63,514 bases of DNA, filler included, from Octopus bimaculoides (GCF_001194135.2; 5 parts of 5 records of this genome joined end to end with filler, not necessarily neighbours in it); one strand, 5' to 3'. Positions 39,680 through 52,937 are shown, counted from the first letter of the whole stretch. Notes: generated from the sequence alone by a model not told the origin. Translations and numbers: made by a program.

Positions 39680-39868
39680 TGAAAAACGAAAAATAAGACA
39701 AAGAAATGATTCTGTGAACTGTTGGTTGTAGAGAAATGTGGTTTCTGAACAGAGGAGAGTAGGGGAGCTGAATGGGTTGACGGAAAATTTTAGACATGCG
39801 CAAAAAGTGTTGTGAGCAACAGCTGACTTGGTGTGTGTATGTGTGTGTGTGAGAGGGTGTGTATGTGA

Positions 39869-39913
<45 letters not shown>

Positions 39914-39923
39914 NNNNNNNNNN

Positions 39924-39963
<40 letters not shown>

Positions 39964-40344
39964 GTGTGCACGTGTGTGTTTGTGTGTGTGGTGTGTGGTG
40001 TATGTTTGTTGATATATGAGATTGTGTATGTGTCGGCTAGATATCCCAACCAAATTTTACCGGAGATCATACCCTATGAATTCATAATATATAACTCACT
40101 GGGTAAGTAAATCTATGCACGGGGCTAAATATGAGGTGATGGTCATTATGTCTTTGATCACAAGTCTCTGTGAGAAGGATTGAGTTAGTGCAAACTTCAT
40201 CGTCACCAATCATTATTGTCATCATCATCAACATCACCGTATTCATCATTATCATCACCGTCGTGAACATCATCAGCATCAACATAATCATCACCATCAT
40301 CAATGCCATCATCATCACCACTATCATCATTACCATCACCATTG

Positions 40345-40600
40345 TTAACCTCTGGACGTTACTTATTCGATTCCCAGGAATCATAGACCTAGTTACTCGC
40401 CTTCTATGGCATGTGGGTGACCGAGTTAACAATATTCTCCAGGCCGTCGCAGAGTTACTTATATCCAGCTGAGTGGACTGGAGCAACGTGAAACGAAGTG
40501 TTTTGTTCGAGAACTCAAAGTAGCTCCCGGTCCGGGAATCGAAACGATCATCTTACAATCATGAGTGAAACACAGTATCCATTTAGTCACGCGCTTTCAC
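40345..40600 (-). mobile_element. tRNA-derived SINE, possibly with a Meta-type central domain
   Basis: Head with gtttcgattccc, then gttgctccagtccactcagctgg...aactctgcgacgg. Confidence 0.55.
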
Positions 40601-42275
40601 TCTTATTGCTTACCAAAAATCAGAAATCAGCTTGAGGACATCTAGGAAGCAAGGCAGTGGAAGTGCTGATAAACCTTTGAGATGGAATCAATAGAGGGAA
40701 CTGCGCTAGAGTCGGTCACAGAACCAGATAACAGTAACGACTCGATGATAGATTTGGGCTGGACCCCGCCAAAACACAGTGAAGGACTAAGTAAGTGGTG
40801 ATGGTAGAAGAGTTAAATTGGGAGCTAGGTTAAGAAAGCGGGCTCCGCTAGAAGATTTCTAAGAACAAAGATAATGGTAGTGATACACTAAGAAATCAAT
40901 TAAAAGATATTGCCCAAGAACAGATGCAGTTTATCTTTTCGATTTCTGTATAATTACTGAAGACACCCATCTAAAGCGCTGAATAGTGGGCGCGATCTAA
41001 GAACCACGTTATTTGGTGGCGAATATATTTAACCGCAAAGGCAACCATACAGTAAATAGGTATTGTCTCTTGATGTTAGATCAGGAAAGTTTATAGATTC
41101 GTTTGTGAAGAGAGCAGGCTTAGCTACATACATGCATAGATACATACATAAACACACACATACATACTTCCATACATACATACATACATACATACATACA
41201 TACATACATACATACATACATACATCCACATACATACATACATGCATACATACATACATACATACATACACATGCATACATACATACATATATACATAAT
41301 ACATGCATACACATATACATACATACATGCATACATACATACACACACACATACATACATACATACATACGTATGTGTGTATATATATGTACATATATAC
41401 GTACATATATATATGTACATATATATATGTATGTATGTATATATGTATATATATNNNNNNNNNNNNNNNNNNNNNNNNNNNNNNNNNNNNNNNNNNNNNN
41501 NNNNNNNNNNNNNNNNNNNNNNNNNNNNNNNNNNNNNNNNNNNNNNNNNNNNNNNNNNNNNNNNNNNNNNNNNNNNNNNNNNNNNNNNNNNNNNNNNNNN
41601 NNNNNNNNNNNNNNNNNNNNNNNNNNNNNNNNNNNNNNNNNNNNNNNNNNNNNNNNNNNNNNNNNNNNNNNNNNNNNNNNNNNNNNNNNNNNNNNNNNNN
41701 NNNNNNNNNNNNNNNNNNNNNNNNNNNNNNNNNNNNNNNNNNNNNNNNNNNNNNNNNNNNNNNNNNNNNNNNNNNNNNNNNNNNNNNNNNNNNNNNNNNN
41801 NNNNNNNNNNNNNNNNNNNNNNNNNNNNNNNNNNNNNNNNNNNNNNNNNNNNNNNNNNNNNNNNNNNNNNNNNNNNNNNNNNNNNNNNNNNNNNNNNNNN
41901 NNNNNNNNNNNNNNNNNNNNNNNNNNNNNNNNNNNNNNNNNNNNNNNNNNNNNNNNNNNNNNNNNNNNNNNNNNNNNNNNNNNNNNNNNNNNNNNNNNNN
42001 NNNNNNNNNNNNNNNNNNNNNNNNNNNNNNNNNNNNNNNNNNNNNNNNNNNNNNNNNNTCTGTGTGTGTGTGTCAGTACGTGTCTGTATGAATCTTACTC
42101 TCTCTCTCTCTCGTTCTCTCTCTCTCTTTCCCGGAATGGAGGAGTGCACATCTATGTTTGTATGTGTATAGTTCAGTTGGTAATACGATTGCGTGCGCGC
42201 GTGTGTATGCAGACAGTAACTTCCTCTCTCTCTAACAATTGCCAATTAACTGCGTGTCGTGCCTGACTTACTTAC

Positions 42276-42332
42276 TCAGAGAATGAAGAATCATGTAACG
42301 CCCGCTTGGACCGTCAACGTAATTCTTAGTGT
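42276..42332 (-). CDS. Candidate 57-nt internal coding exon, phase 1/1, peptide xTKNYVDGPSGRYMILHSLx; gene unknown
   Basis: Branch-like CACTAAT, T-rich tract tgtttttgtttgttgtccAG, donor GA|GTAAGT. Length is divisible by 3 and only one frame is open. Lies in non-repetitive sequence. Confidence 0.45.
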
Positions 42333-43629
42333 CTGGACAACAAACAAAAACATCAAGATATATGTGAAGTTACATTAGTGACAATTGTTAATGAACTATT
42401 TGGACAAACTGGGAATATAAAGAGGATCTAAACTACAGCGAAAATATATTTACACAAATAAAAATAATTAACGTAACTAAATAAGGTAGGAGAAGATTTG
42501 TATAATTGCTGAATTTTCTCTTTATCTGTTCCTGCTTAAAACCGAATAAAAAGAAAGTATTTTTTACGTTATCAGCAAATTGCTTTCTGTCTTAAGGTGT
42601 GTGAAATGTTTATGTTTGTGCGTATGTATGTATGTATGTATGTATTATGTAGATAGGTATATATTTGTGTGTGTGTTTATTTCAAGATTTCTTGCCAATT
42701 GAGAAAGAACAGGTTTCTAACCTAGATCCAAGGCTTCTTCATTGGAATTTCAACAACAGGATATTTATGTATGTATGTAATGCATGTATGTATGTATGCA
42801 TGTATGTATGTATATAAATGTCATGTATATATGTATGTATGTATGTATGTCTGCCTGTATGTATGTATGTATGTATGTATGTATGTATGTATGTATGTAT
42901 GTATGTATGTATGTGCAGNNNNNNNNNNNNNNNNNNNNNNNNNNNNNNNNNNNNNNNNNNNNNNNNNNNNNNNNNNNNNNNNNNNNNNNNNNNNNNNNNN
43001 NNNNNNNNNNNNNNNNNNNNNNNNNNNNNNNNNNNNNNNNNNNNNNNNNNNNNNNNNNNNNNNNNNNNNNNNNNNNNNNNNNNNNNNNNNNNNNNNNNNN
43101 NNNNNNNNNNNNNNNNNNNNNNNNNNNNNNNNNNNNNNNNNNNNNNNNNNNNNNNNNNNNNNNNNNNNNNNNNNNNNNNNNNNNNNNNNNNNNNNNNNNN
43201 NNNNNNNNNNNNNNNNNNNNNNNNNNNNNNNNNNNNNNNNNNNNNNNNNNNNNNNNNNNNNNNNNNNNNNNNNNNNNNNNNNNNNNNNNNNNNNNNNNNN
43301 NNNNNNNNNNNNNNNNNNNNNNNNNNNNNNNNNNNNNNNNNNNNNNNNNNNNNNNNNNNNNNNNNNNNNNNNNNNNNNNNNNNNNNNNNNNNNNNNNNNN
43401 NNNNNNNNNNNNNNNNNNNNNNNNNNNNNNNNNNNNNNNNNNNNNNNNNNNNNNNNNNNNNNNNNNNNNNNNNNNNNNNNNNNNNNNNNNNNNNNNNNNN
43501 NNNNNNNNNNNNNNNNNNNNNNNNNNNNNNNNNNNNNNNNNNNNNNNNNNNNNNNNNNNNNNNNNNNNNNNNNNNNNNNNNNNNNNNNNNNNNNNNNNNN
43601 NNNNNNNNNNNNNNNNNNNNNNNNNNNNN

Positions 43630-44882
43630 GATAGAGTCTTGTTTTTACTAATTCTTCCGAGGTCGGACTTTGTTGGGCATATTAGTCGAATCGAAGGTTT
43701 TGTATTGAAGTCCTTTTTGTGATCCTTGAGGTTGAAGTGTGGAGGTGTAGGGCAGTACGGTTCCGTTCTGTCGTCCATTTTTAGCTTCTTCATGATTCTG
43801 CAGTGGCTGGTGTTTACCTCAATTAAGGCGGATGTTGAGGCCAGCTTGTAGGACCTGTTTAATTCTTTTCTAATGAATTTGATGTATTCCTCCACTGTGA
43901 TGGGATATAAGTTTCCCGTTTTGTCCGAGAGCACATGTAACTTAGGGGAATTAGGAATTCTTTTTATGGTTTGTGAAAGCTTCTTTTGAAAATTAGAATT
44001 GTACTTAGAGAATTTAATGTTTTTTATTAAGTTAATCATGTCCGTTTCAAATTTTTCTAGGTGAGGGTTATGTGGAGGATTATTATAAGATGTGAGATTG
44101 AATTTACTGGTACTTGAGTCGTTTCTTTATGTCTGGTTATCATGGAAGAAGGCCTTCCATCTCATTCGTCGGATGAGATCCCTAGTCTTAGCTAGAAGGA
44201 GAATAGTGAAAGATTTTTGAGAAAGAATGGGAGTGTCCTTAAGGGACAAGCCAAGAATCTCTTTATCCATTGTTTTTTTTATGGAGTTACCCGTTATAAG
44301 TTTCACTATTCTCCTTCTAGCTAAGACTAGGGATCTCATCCGACGAATGAGATGGAAGGCGTTCTTCCTTGATAACCAGACATAAAGAAACGACTCAAGT
44401 ACCAGTAAATTCAATCTCACATCTTATAATAATCCTCCACATAACCCTCACCTAGAAAAATTTGAAACGGACATGATTAACTTAATAAAAGACATTAAAT
44501 TCTCTAAGTACAATTCTAATTTTCAAAAAAAGCTTTCACAAACTATAAAAAGAATTTCTAATTCCCCTAAGTTACATGTGCTCTCGGACAAAACGGGAAA
44601 CTTATATCCCATCACAGTGGAGGAATACATCAAATTCATTAGAAAAGAATTAAACAGGTCCTACAAGCTGGCCTCAACATCCGCCTTAATTGAGGTAAAC
44701 ACCAGCCACTGCAGAATCATGAAGAAGCTAAAAGTGGACGATAGAACGGAACCGTACTGCCCTACACCTCCACACTTCAACCTCAAGGATCACAAAAAGG
44801 ACTTCAATACAAAACCTTCGATTCGACTAATATGCCCAACAAAGTCCGACCTCGGAAGAATTAGTAAAAACAAGACTCTATC
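43630..44882. mobile_element. Palindromic Penelope-like element derivative (582-bp arms, 89-bp spacer)
   Basis: Arms 43630-44211 and 44301-44882 are reverse complements with about 8 substitutions by eye. They encode the PLE ORF N-terminus: SLKDTPI...LIRRMRWKAFF, SDKTGNLY, LKDHKKDF.TKPSIRLICPTKSDLGRISK. Confidence 0.9.
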
Positions 44883-45959
44883 CATAAATTTCTTCAACCT
44901 TACCTTTGCTCTCTTTATCTTTTTGTTTTTATATATTTACACACACAAACATATATATATATATATATATATATATGTTAGTGTGTGTGTGTGCATATAC
45001 ATGTGTGGATATTTGTATGTCTGTATGTCTACATATGTTTATGTTCGTCTGTTTCTAATGTTTAATTTCTCATCAACGGAGAGAGAGCCGGATTCTAACC
45101 CAGAAGAAAGAGTCTTTATCATTATTTAGACACTACCAACGTGGTAGTCGTACATGTATGTATATATGTATGCATGTAAGTATATATGAAACTAAATATA
45201 TTTTTAAAGTTTTAATGAGGTGAATAGGTAGTCCTCGTGGACTATAACCCATTACAGAGCCTCCAACTCTGCAGAATGGTAGTTATCCTCAAACCAAACA
45301 CCAATATGAACGTTTACAACAGAGTGCACACACTGCAAAAGGTACTCAAATCTCAAAGTGCCGTGTAGTTGTGTTGAGGCGGATGACAGATATGGGATCT
45401 CAGTACATATATGTATGTATGAATGTATGTATGTATGTCTGTCTGTCTGTCTGTATGTATGAATGTATGTATGTATGCATGTAGGTATGTATGCATGTAT
45501 GTATGTATGTATGTATGTATGTATTATGTGTGTATGTACGTATGTATGTATTAATATGTGTATCTATGTTTGAACGTACAGCAGACAATGTGAGTAAATT
45601 CGGTCAAGTTATATCAGCGAACTATCAAACACCATTGTTTCGACATTGTTGTGTCACTTTAGTGATAGACATGATCTGATGCTTTGGAACTAGACAGAAC
45701 AACTGTTCGTATCTATAGAAATCAACAAATATATTTGCCGATATGTGCTGAGGAGCGAAACCGATATTAAACTATAATGGGTGCGATAACAGCGAAAATA
45801 CAAACGCCATATCCTCCAAAAGACCGAGGGGTGTCCACGATTCAGAAGATGTCTATCATGTCGCACTTCTGGTCCATCCTCGACAGGGGTAAAATACTTA
45901 CCCTTCTGGACTTCTGCAAAGTGGCTGAACGACCTTCACTATGAAGTACGTTGATGGCC

Positions 45960-46190
45960 GAAGTCCGTTGATGGCTCTCGCTGCAGCTGCCGCTGCCTTT
46001 GCTTCGCTGCCGCTGCCTTTGCTTCGCTGCCGCCGCTGCCTCCGCTGCCTCCGCCGCCGTTGCTGCCGTTGCCGCCGCTGCCGCCGCTGACGCCGCTGAC
46101 GCCGATGCCGCCCCTGCCGCTGCTACTGTGGCTTTCACTCTTGCCGCACTGTCGCCCTCGAGGCCGCCGCTACAAACAACACCACCACCA
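45960..46190. repeat. CpG-rich (GCC/GCT)n low-complexity tract
   Basis: Direct reading. The most GC- and CpG-rich stretch of the window. Confidence 0.85.
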
Positions 46191-46376
46191 CCACAAGTAG
46201 CACATCACTATCACAACCTCTCACCCCAACTACTATTTTAATTACCACAAGCTAACCCCTCCATCCACCAAAGACTCTACGAACACGCCCCACTGCCAGG
46301 AATACTTTCGCACATCACCTAACCACCATCATTACCATCATTCAACCACATCTACCACCACCATCACCACTACTAT

Positions 46377-46435
<59 letters not shown>

Positions 46436-47509
46436 TGCTATTGTGTTAATTACCTCACCGAATCATTTGATAATTATACTGAAATTAAGGTTGTCGAATT
46501 TCTGTTAGGGAAATTATGTAAATGTTTAAATTACTTCGTAAAAATCAAATCATTTAAAGTTACTTTAAAACTGATTTATTTAAATTTTTAATTATTGTAA
46601 TTTACACAGCATATTTTATGAATTTATTTAGGAATTTTTTGTGCACTTCATTACGAACATTTTAAAAANNNNNNNNNNNNNNNNNNNNNNNNNNNNNNNN
46701 NNNNNNNNNNNNNNNNNNNNNNNNNNNNNNNNNNNNNNNNNNNNNNNNNNNNNNNNNNNNNNNNNNNNNNNNNNNNNNNNNNNNNNNNNNNNNNNNNNNN
46801 NNNNNNNNNNNNNNNNNNNNNNNNNNNNNNNNNNNNNNNNNNNNNNNNNNNNNNNNNNNNNNNNNNNNNNNNNNNNNNNNNNNNNNNNNNNNNNNNNNNN
46901 NNNNNNNNNNNNNNNNNNNNNNNNNNNNNNNNNNNNNNNNNNNNNNNNNNNNNNNNNNNNNNNNNNNNNNNNNNNNNNNNNNNNNNNNNNNNNNNNNNNN
47001 NNNNNNNNNNNNNNNNNNNNNNNNNNNNNNNNNNNNNNNNNNNNNNNNNNNNNNNNNNNNNNNNNNNNNNNNNNNNNNNNNNNNNNNNNNNNNNNNNNNN
47101 NNNNNNNNNNNNNNNNNNNNNNNNNNNNNNNNNNNNNNNNNNNNNNNNNNNNNNNNNNNNNNNNNNNNNNNNNNNNNNNNNNNNNNNNNNNNNNNNNNNN
47201 NNNNNNNNNNNNNNNNNNNNNNNNNNNNNNNNNNNNNNNNNNNNNNNNNNNNNNNNNNNNNNNNNNNNNNNNNNNNNNNNNNNNNNNNNNNNNNNNNNNN
47301 NNNNNNNNNNNNNNNNNNNNNNNNNNNNNNNNNNNNNNNNNNNNNNNNNNNNNNNNNNNNNNNNNNNNNNNNNNNNNNNNNNNNNNNNNNNNNNNNNNNN
47401 NNNNNNNNNNNNNNNNNNNNNNNNNNNNNNNNNNNNNNNNNNNNNNNNNNNNNNNNNNNNNNNNNNNNNNNNNNNNNNNNNNNNNNNNNNNNNNNNNNGA
47501 GAAATAGAC

Positions 47510-47760
47510 AGTCGGTAAGATTGTTAAATTTTGAAACTGGTCCCTGTTTAAGAATGTTCCTTTTTCGGTGATTTTAAATGTCTTGCCCGCTTACGTTTTG
47601 GTATCACGCTATATTTCATGTTGAGAACAATTTAGGTCTTATTAGACACAAGATGTGATCTATTTCTAGCACATTGAATGTCCACGTTAGTGGTCAACGT
47701 CATATATAAAAATGTACTTTAATCCCCTGAGATTGCAGATACTGTTTCTGAATCTCTTTG
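47510..47760 (-). mobile_element. Possible PLE RT-to-GIY-YIG linker remnant
   Basis: LIRPKL and SGKTFKITEKGT resemble the PLE linker. Decayed. Confidence 0.3.
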
Positions 47761-48189
47761 ATTCTTTAAATGTGCTAGCTTCCTGGTAATTAATCGATAT
47801 TAATTAATATATGATTTTTTGCCATATTTTTTAATTATATATATATATATAGATAGATAAATAGATAGATACACAATAGTGTGAACACGCTATCTTTAAA
47901 ATAGCATGTTTTACATTGATTTGGTATCGTTGTATAATATATTCCTATAGTGTATACCATAAATACATATAATATATGGCATCTATGTAGGAAGAACGCT
48001 GCGAGGACATGTAGAATGAAGGAAGCTCGAACTTCAACGGGGGAAAGTATAAAACAGAGCTATATGAAACTCATTTATCCTAAAACAGTGTGCGCATATA
48101 AAGCAATGAAAACGTACCGCCTAAATACTGGCAATAAATTTTAATATCTATCTATCTATCTATATGTCCGTCTGTCTACCTCTCTATAT

Positions 48190-48229
<40 letters not shown>

Positions 48230-48482
48230 NNNNNNNNNNNNNNNNNNNNNNNNNNNNNNNNNNNNNNNNNNNNNNNNNNNNNNNNNNNNNNNNNNNNNNN
48301 NNNNNNNNNNNNNNNNNNNNNNNNNNNNNNNNNNNNNNNNNNNNNNNNNNNNNNNNNNNNNNNNNNNNNNNNNNNNNNNNNNNNNNNNNNNNNNNNNNNN
48401 NNNNNNNNNNNNNNNNNNNNNNNNNNNNNNNNNNNNNNNNNNNNNNNNNNNNNNNNNNNNNNNNNNNNNNNNNNNNNNNNNN

Positions 48483-48515
<33 letters not shown>

Positions 48516-49920
48516 CATACATTTACGTTTTTCAATTTGGGTTGCAAGATTCCTGATGTGAAGTCGTGTGTTGAAACGGATATTGTTATACTTCGGGATG
48601 GTCATTTTATTTCTTGCCAAATACACACACGCACTGTATATTCGTTCTGCACTCGTTTATTACTGTTCTTATTCTAAGTCAAGTTCATTGTCCGGTACAC
48701 ATCTGTGACCTCCACAGTGACACTTTCTGTCTTCGTGTGTGCTCTTGCTCCACTTATTTCATAAGTATAACCAAAGGGATCACAGATGTGTAACGAAAGA
48801 TTTCTTGACAATGGACATGAGTTAGAATAAGAACAGTTAGAAACGAGTGAAGAGCGATTATATAGTGTGTGTATGTGTGTGTGTGTGTGTGTTTATTTGT
48901 AAAAAAATTGACCATCCTGAAATACAATAGTATGTATATACACTTAATTCGTTACTAAACACAATATCATCGTGAATATTGTTATCCTATCTACGTTTAA
49001 GCGAATTGAAAATTTAAGCCATCTCGTTCACGTTTTCGTCATCCTTTTGATACTAAACTAAAGGTAAAAGTGTATTGTTTGTTTATATATAACATGCAGT
49101 TTTATAATCGAATATTGCTAAATGCAAAATGAAAGTGAAGTGAAACAAGCCGATATGTAGAATTTGATAACAATCTAATCTTAATTTTACTTATATTGAA
49201 AGGAAAAATACTAAAAGTATGTTTACTATTGTTAAAGCAATGTAATATTAATTCTTGATAGAACGCTGGCAAAACATGTTAGATTTGAAATCTTAAAATA
49301 GACAAATATAATTTGAAATATTGCAAAGCGGTTGTAACCAGAACGGGCCTTTAAAATATAAAAACAATGATGAATAAATGAATGAAGAATATTAACTGAA
49401 AAAAATAAAAAGACAACGAAACGAATGCAGAAATATTAGATTGTTTAGGTGTTTCACTCACGATCGCGAGATCGTAATTTCAATTTCTGGACCAAGTGGT
49501 GCATTAAATTCTTAAGCAAAACAATCCGTTTTACGTCGGTCTGCGATCACTTCGTTAACTCGCGTGCACTGTTTTGGCCAAGTCGATTTCACGGAGAAAG
49601 TGAGCTAATATACAACACATACATTTGATCACTATAAACAAATCATTTATGCAGGTTGTTCAGCAATCTTCGACGGAGACTCCATATACATGTATGCATA
49701 TATATGCACCCCGCTATATATATATATATATNNNNNNNNNNNNNNNNNNNNNNNNNNNNNNNNNNNNNNNNNNNNNNNNNNNNNNNNNNNNNNNNNNNNN
49801 NNNNNNNNNNNNNNNNNNNNNNNNNNNNNNNNNNNNNNNNNNNNNNNNNNNNNNNNNNNNNNNNNNNNNNNNNNNNNNNNNNNNNNNNNNNNNNNNNNNN
49901 NNNNNNNNNNNNNNNNNNNN

Positions 49921-50050
<130 letters not shown>

Positions 50051-50284
50051 AAAAACAAATAATAAATGAGTATATGTATATATACGTACAGGTATGTGCA
50101 TACCTACGTTTACCTGTATATATAGGTGCATATCTGGGTACAGGACGCTGCAAACAAAACGTTGACAAGAAAATAATAATAACCAGAGTACAGAAAACAC
50201 ACAAGCCACATAGAGAACATTTTCCTTCATCAGCTACCCCCGTTTTAATACCGGCGTTTCGAAGAGTTGGGCAGGACGCATCGT

Positions 50285-50580
50285 TATATAAAATTAACAG
50301 AACGACATAAAAAAATCCAAGGCTGTGAATAGTTTTCAGAACATTTATAAAGAGAAAGTCTTACAGCTGTGTCTCCGGGAAATTTTATATATCCCTTCAG
50401 AGACGGTGCGAGAAAATGAAGTGTAGGAAATTATTACTTAAATATTTTCTCACACCGTCTCTGATGAAGGGATATATAAAATGTCCCGGAGACACAGCTG
50501 TAAGACTTTCTCTTTATAAATGTTCTGAAAACTATTCACAGCCTTGGATTTTTTTATCTCATTCTGTTAATTCTTATATA
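50285..50580. mobile_element. Fold-back PLE-terminus-like element with ~133-bp arms carrying a hammerhead motif
   Basis: 50285-50417 pairs with 50444-50580 around a 26-nt loop. Confidence 0.85.
50457..50506 (+). ncRNA. Hammerhead ribozyme motif in the right arm of the hairpin
   Basis: gtct-CTGATGA-A-GGGA..TCCC-g-GAGACAC-AGCT-GTA-agac. Stem I gtct/agac, palindromic ACAGCTGT. GAAAC is altered. Confidence 0.6.
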
Positions 50581-50869
50581 GACCCATGCTAATACACGAC
50601 TCACGTTGGACTCCTCATTCGTATCATTATCGAACCTGGCGCTTAACTATGGACTGTCCATAGCACTTACTCAGAGTTACCTGATACATCTGGGTCTTCT
50701 TGACACCAATAACTCTCATATGCTACATATATATATATATGTATATAAACACACGCACACACACACACACACACACGTGAACACACACATACACACACAC
50801 ATATATATACACATACATGCATCTGTAAATACATACACACATTCATACATTCATACATACATACATGCA

Positions 50870-50905
<36 letters not shown>

Positions 50906-51948
50906 TGCACATACATGTACGTATGTAGGTATATATGTAAAAACAGATAATTTGAATAATTTCCAAACAATAGGTACCAAGCTGCATAATATATTGCTGC
51001 TGCTGTTTATACATGTTAGTTTCCTCCTCCTCCTCCTCCTCCTNNNNNNNNNNNNNNNNNNNNNNNNNNNNNNNNNNNNNNNNNNNNNNNNNNNNNNNNN
51101 NNNNNNNNNNNNNNNNNNNNNNNNNNNNNNNNNNNNNNNNNNNNNNNNNNNNNNNNNNNNNNNNNNNNNNNNNNNNNNNNNNNNNNNNNNNNNNNNNNNN
51201 NNNNNNNNNNNNNNNNNNNNNNNNNNNNNNNNNNNNNNNNNNNNNNNNNNNNNNNNNNNNNNNNNNNNNNNNNNNNNNNNNNNNNNNNNNNNNNNNNNNN
51301 NNNNNNNNNNNNNNNNNNNNNNNNNNNNNNNNNNNNNNNNNNNNNNNNNNNNNNNNNNNNNNNNNNNNNNNNNNNNNNNNNNNNNNNNNNNNNNNNNNNN
51401 NNNNNNNNNNNNNNNNNNNNNNNNNNNNNNNNNNNNNNNNNNNNNNNNNNNNNNNNNNNNNNNNNNNNNNNNNNNNNNNNNNNNNNNNNNNNNNNNNNNN
51501 NNNNNNNNNNNNNNNNNNNNNNNNNNNNNNNNNNNNNNNNNNNNNNNNNNNNNNNNNNNNNNNNNNNNNNNNNNNNNNNNNNNNNNNNNNNNNNNNNNNN
51601 NNNNNNNNNNNNNNNNNNNNNNNNNNNNNNNNNNNNNNNNNNNNNNNNNNNNNNNNNNNNNNNNNNNNNNNNNNNNNNNNNNNNNNNNNNNNNNNNNNNN
51701 NNNNNNNNNNNNNNNNNNNNNNNNNNNNNNNNNNNNNNNNNNNNNNNNNNNNNNNNNNNNNNNNNNNNNNNNNNNNNNNNNNNNNNNNNNNNNNNNNNNN
51801 NNNNNNNNNNNNNNNNNNNNNNNNNNNNNNNNNNNNNNNNNNNNNNNNNNNNNNNNNNNNNNNNNNNNNNNNNNNNNNNNNNNNNNNNNNNNNNNNNNNN
51901 NNNNNNNNNNNNNNNNNNNNNNNNNNNNNNNNNNNNNNNNNNNNNNNN

Positions 51949-51986
<38 letters not shown>

Positions 51987-52038
51987 GCTACTACTACTAC
52001 TACTACTACTAATAATAATAATAATGATAGTAATAATT

Positions 52039-52087
<49 letters not shown>

Positions 52088-52255
52088 AATACTATAATAC
52101 AATACAATACTACTATACTAAATACTATGTACAAATCCAAATATATGATACCCTAGGCATAACACCTACAAGAACTTCTAACTTGTTGTCTCTTGAGGTC
52201 TCTGGGTGAGACTTGGAGCCAACTTGTACAAATGCAAAACAAAAGTCAAACATAA

Positions 52256-52338
<83 letters not shown>

Positions 52339-52344
52339 TAATAA

Positions 52345-52743
52345 GTTATTTCTTTATTGCCCACAGGGGGCTAAACATATAGGGGACAAACAAGGACAGA
52401 CAAGGCTATTAAGTCGATTACATCGACCCCAGTGCGTAACTGGTACTTATTTAATCTATCCCGAAAGGATGAAAGGCAAAGTCGACCTCCGCATTAATAA
52501 TAATAACAGCAGCAATAATAATAATAATAATAATCTTTTCTACTATAGGCAGAAGGCATGAAATTTGTGGGGGAGGGGACTAAATCGATTGCATCGACAC
52601 CAGTGTTCAACTGGTACATAATTTATCGACCCCGAGAGGATGAAAGGTATAGTCAACCTCGGCGGAATTTGAACTCAGAACGTAGCGACAGACGAAATGC
52701 CGCTAAGCATTTCGCCCGGCGTGCTAACGATTCTGCCAGCTCT
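52345..52743 (-). mobile_element. Two tandem Nin/Deu-domain SINE copies
   Basis: Cores at about 52400-52490 and 52580-52743, separated by (TAA)n. Confidence 0.8.
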
Positions 52744-52776
52744 CAGTCTTACCACTCCTCCTCCACCTCCACCTCC

Positions 52777-52876
52777 NNNNNNNNNNNNNNNNNNNNNNNN
52801 NNNNNNNNNNNNNNNNNNNNTTAATTAATTAANNNNNNNNNNNNNNNNNNNNNNNNNNNNNNNNNNNNNNNNNNNN
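52777..52876. other. Artificial scaffold linker
   Basis: N44-TTAATTAATTAA-N44. Confidence 0.9.

Positions 52877-52937
<61 letters not shown>

Noticed and set aside
40682-40796. Plus-strand MESIEGTALESVTEPDNSNDSMIDLGWTPPKHSEGL followed by GTAAGT
   Set aside because: No recognisable homology, no upstream acceptor or promoter evidence, and the downstream sequence looks like decayed ORF. Left unassigned.
42700-42752. CCAATGAAG...GAAACC motif on the minus strand (also about 60003 and 60400) as a hammerhead
   Set aside because: The core deviates from CUGANGA and stems I and II do not pair convincingly. It is better explained as a LINE 3' UTR.
45902-45990. Minus-strand frame AINGLRPSTYFIVKVVQP resembling a fibronectin type III strand
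   Set aside because: Upstream the frame becomes poly-QR and hits stops with no splice acceptor, and other FN3 residues are absent. Probably chance.
50220-50262. Minus-strand GAAAC...CTGATGAAGG as a circularly permuted hammerhead
   Set aside because: I could not build consistent stems I-III by eye. A covariance model would be needed.
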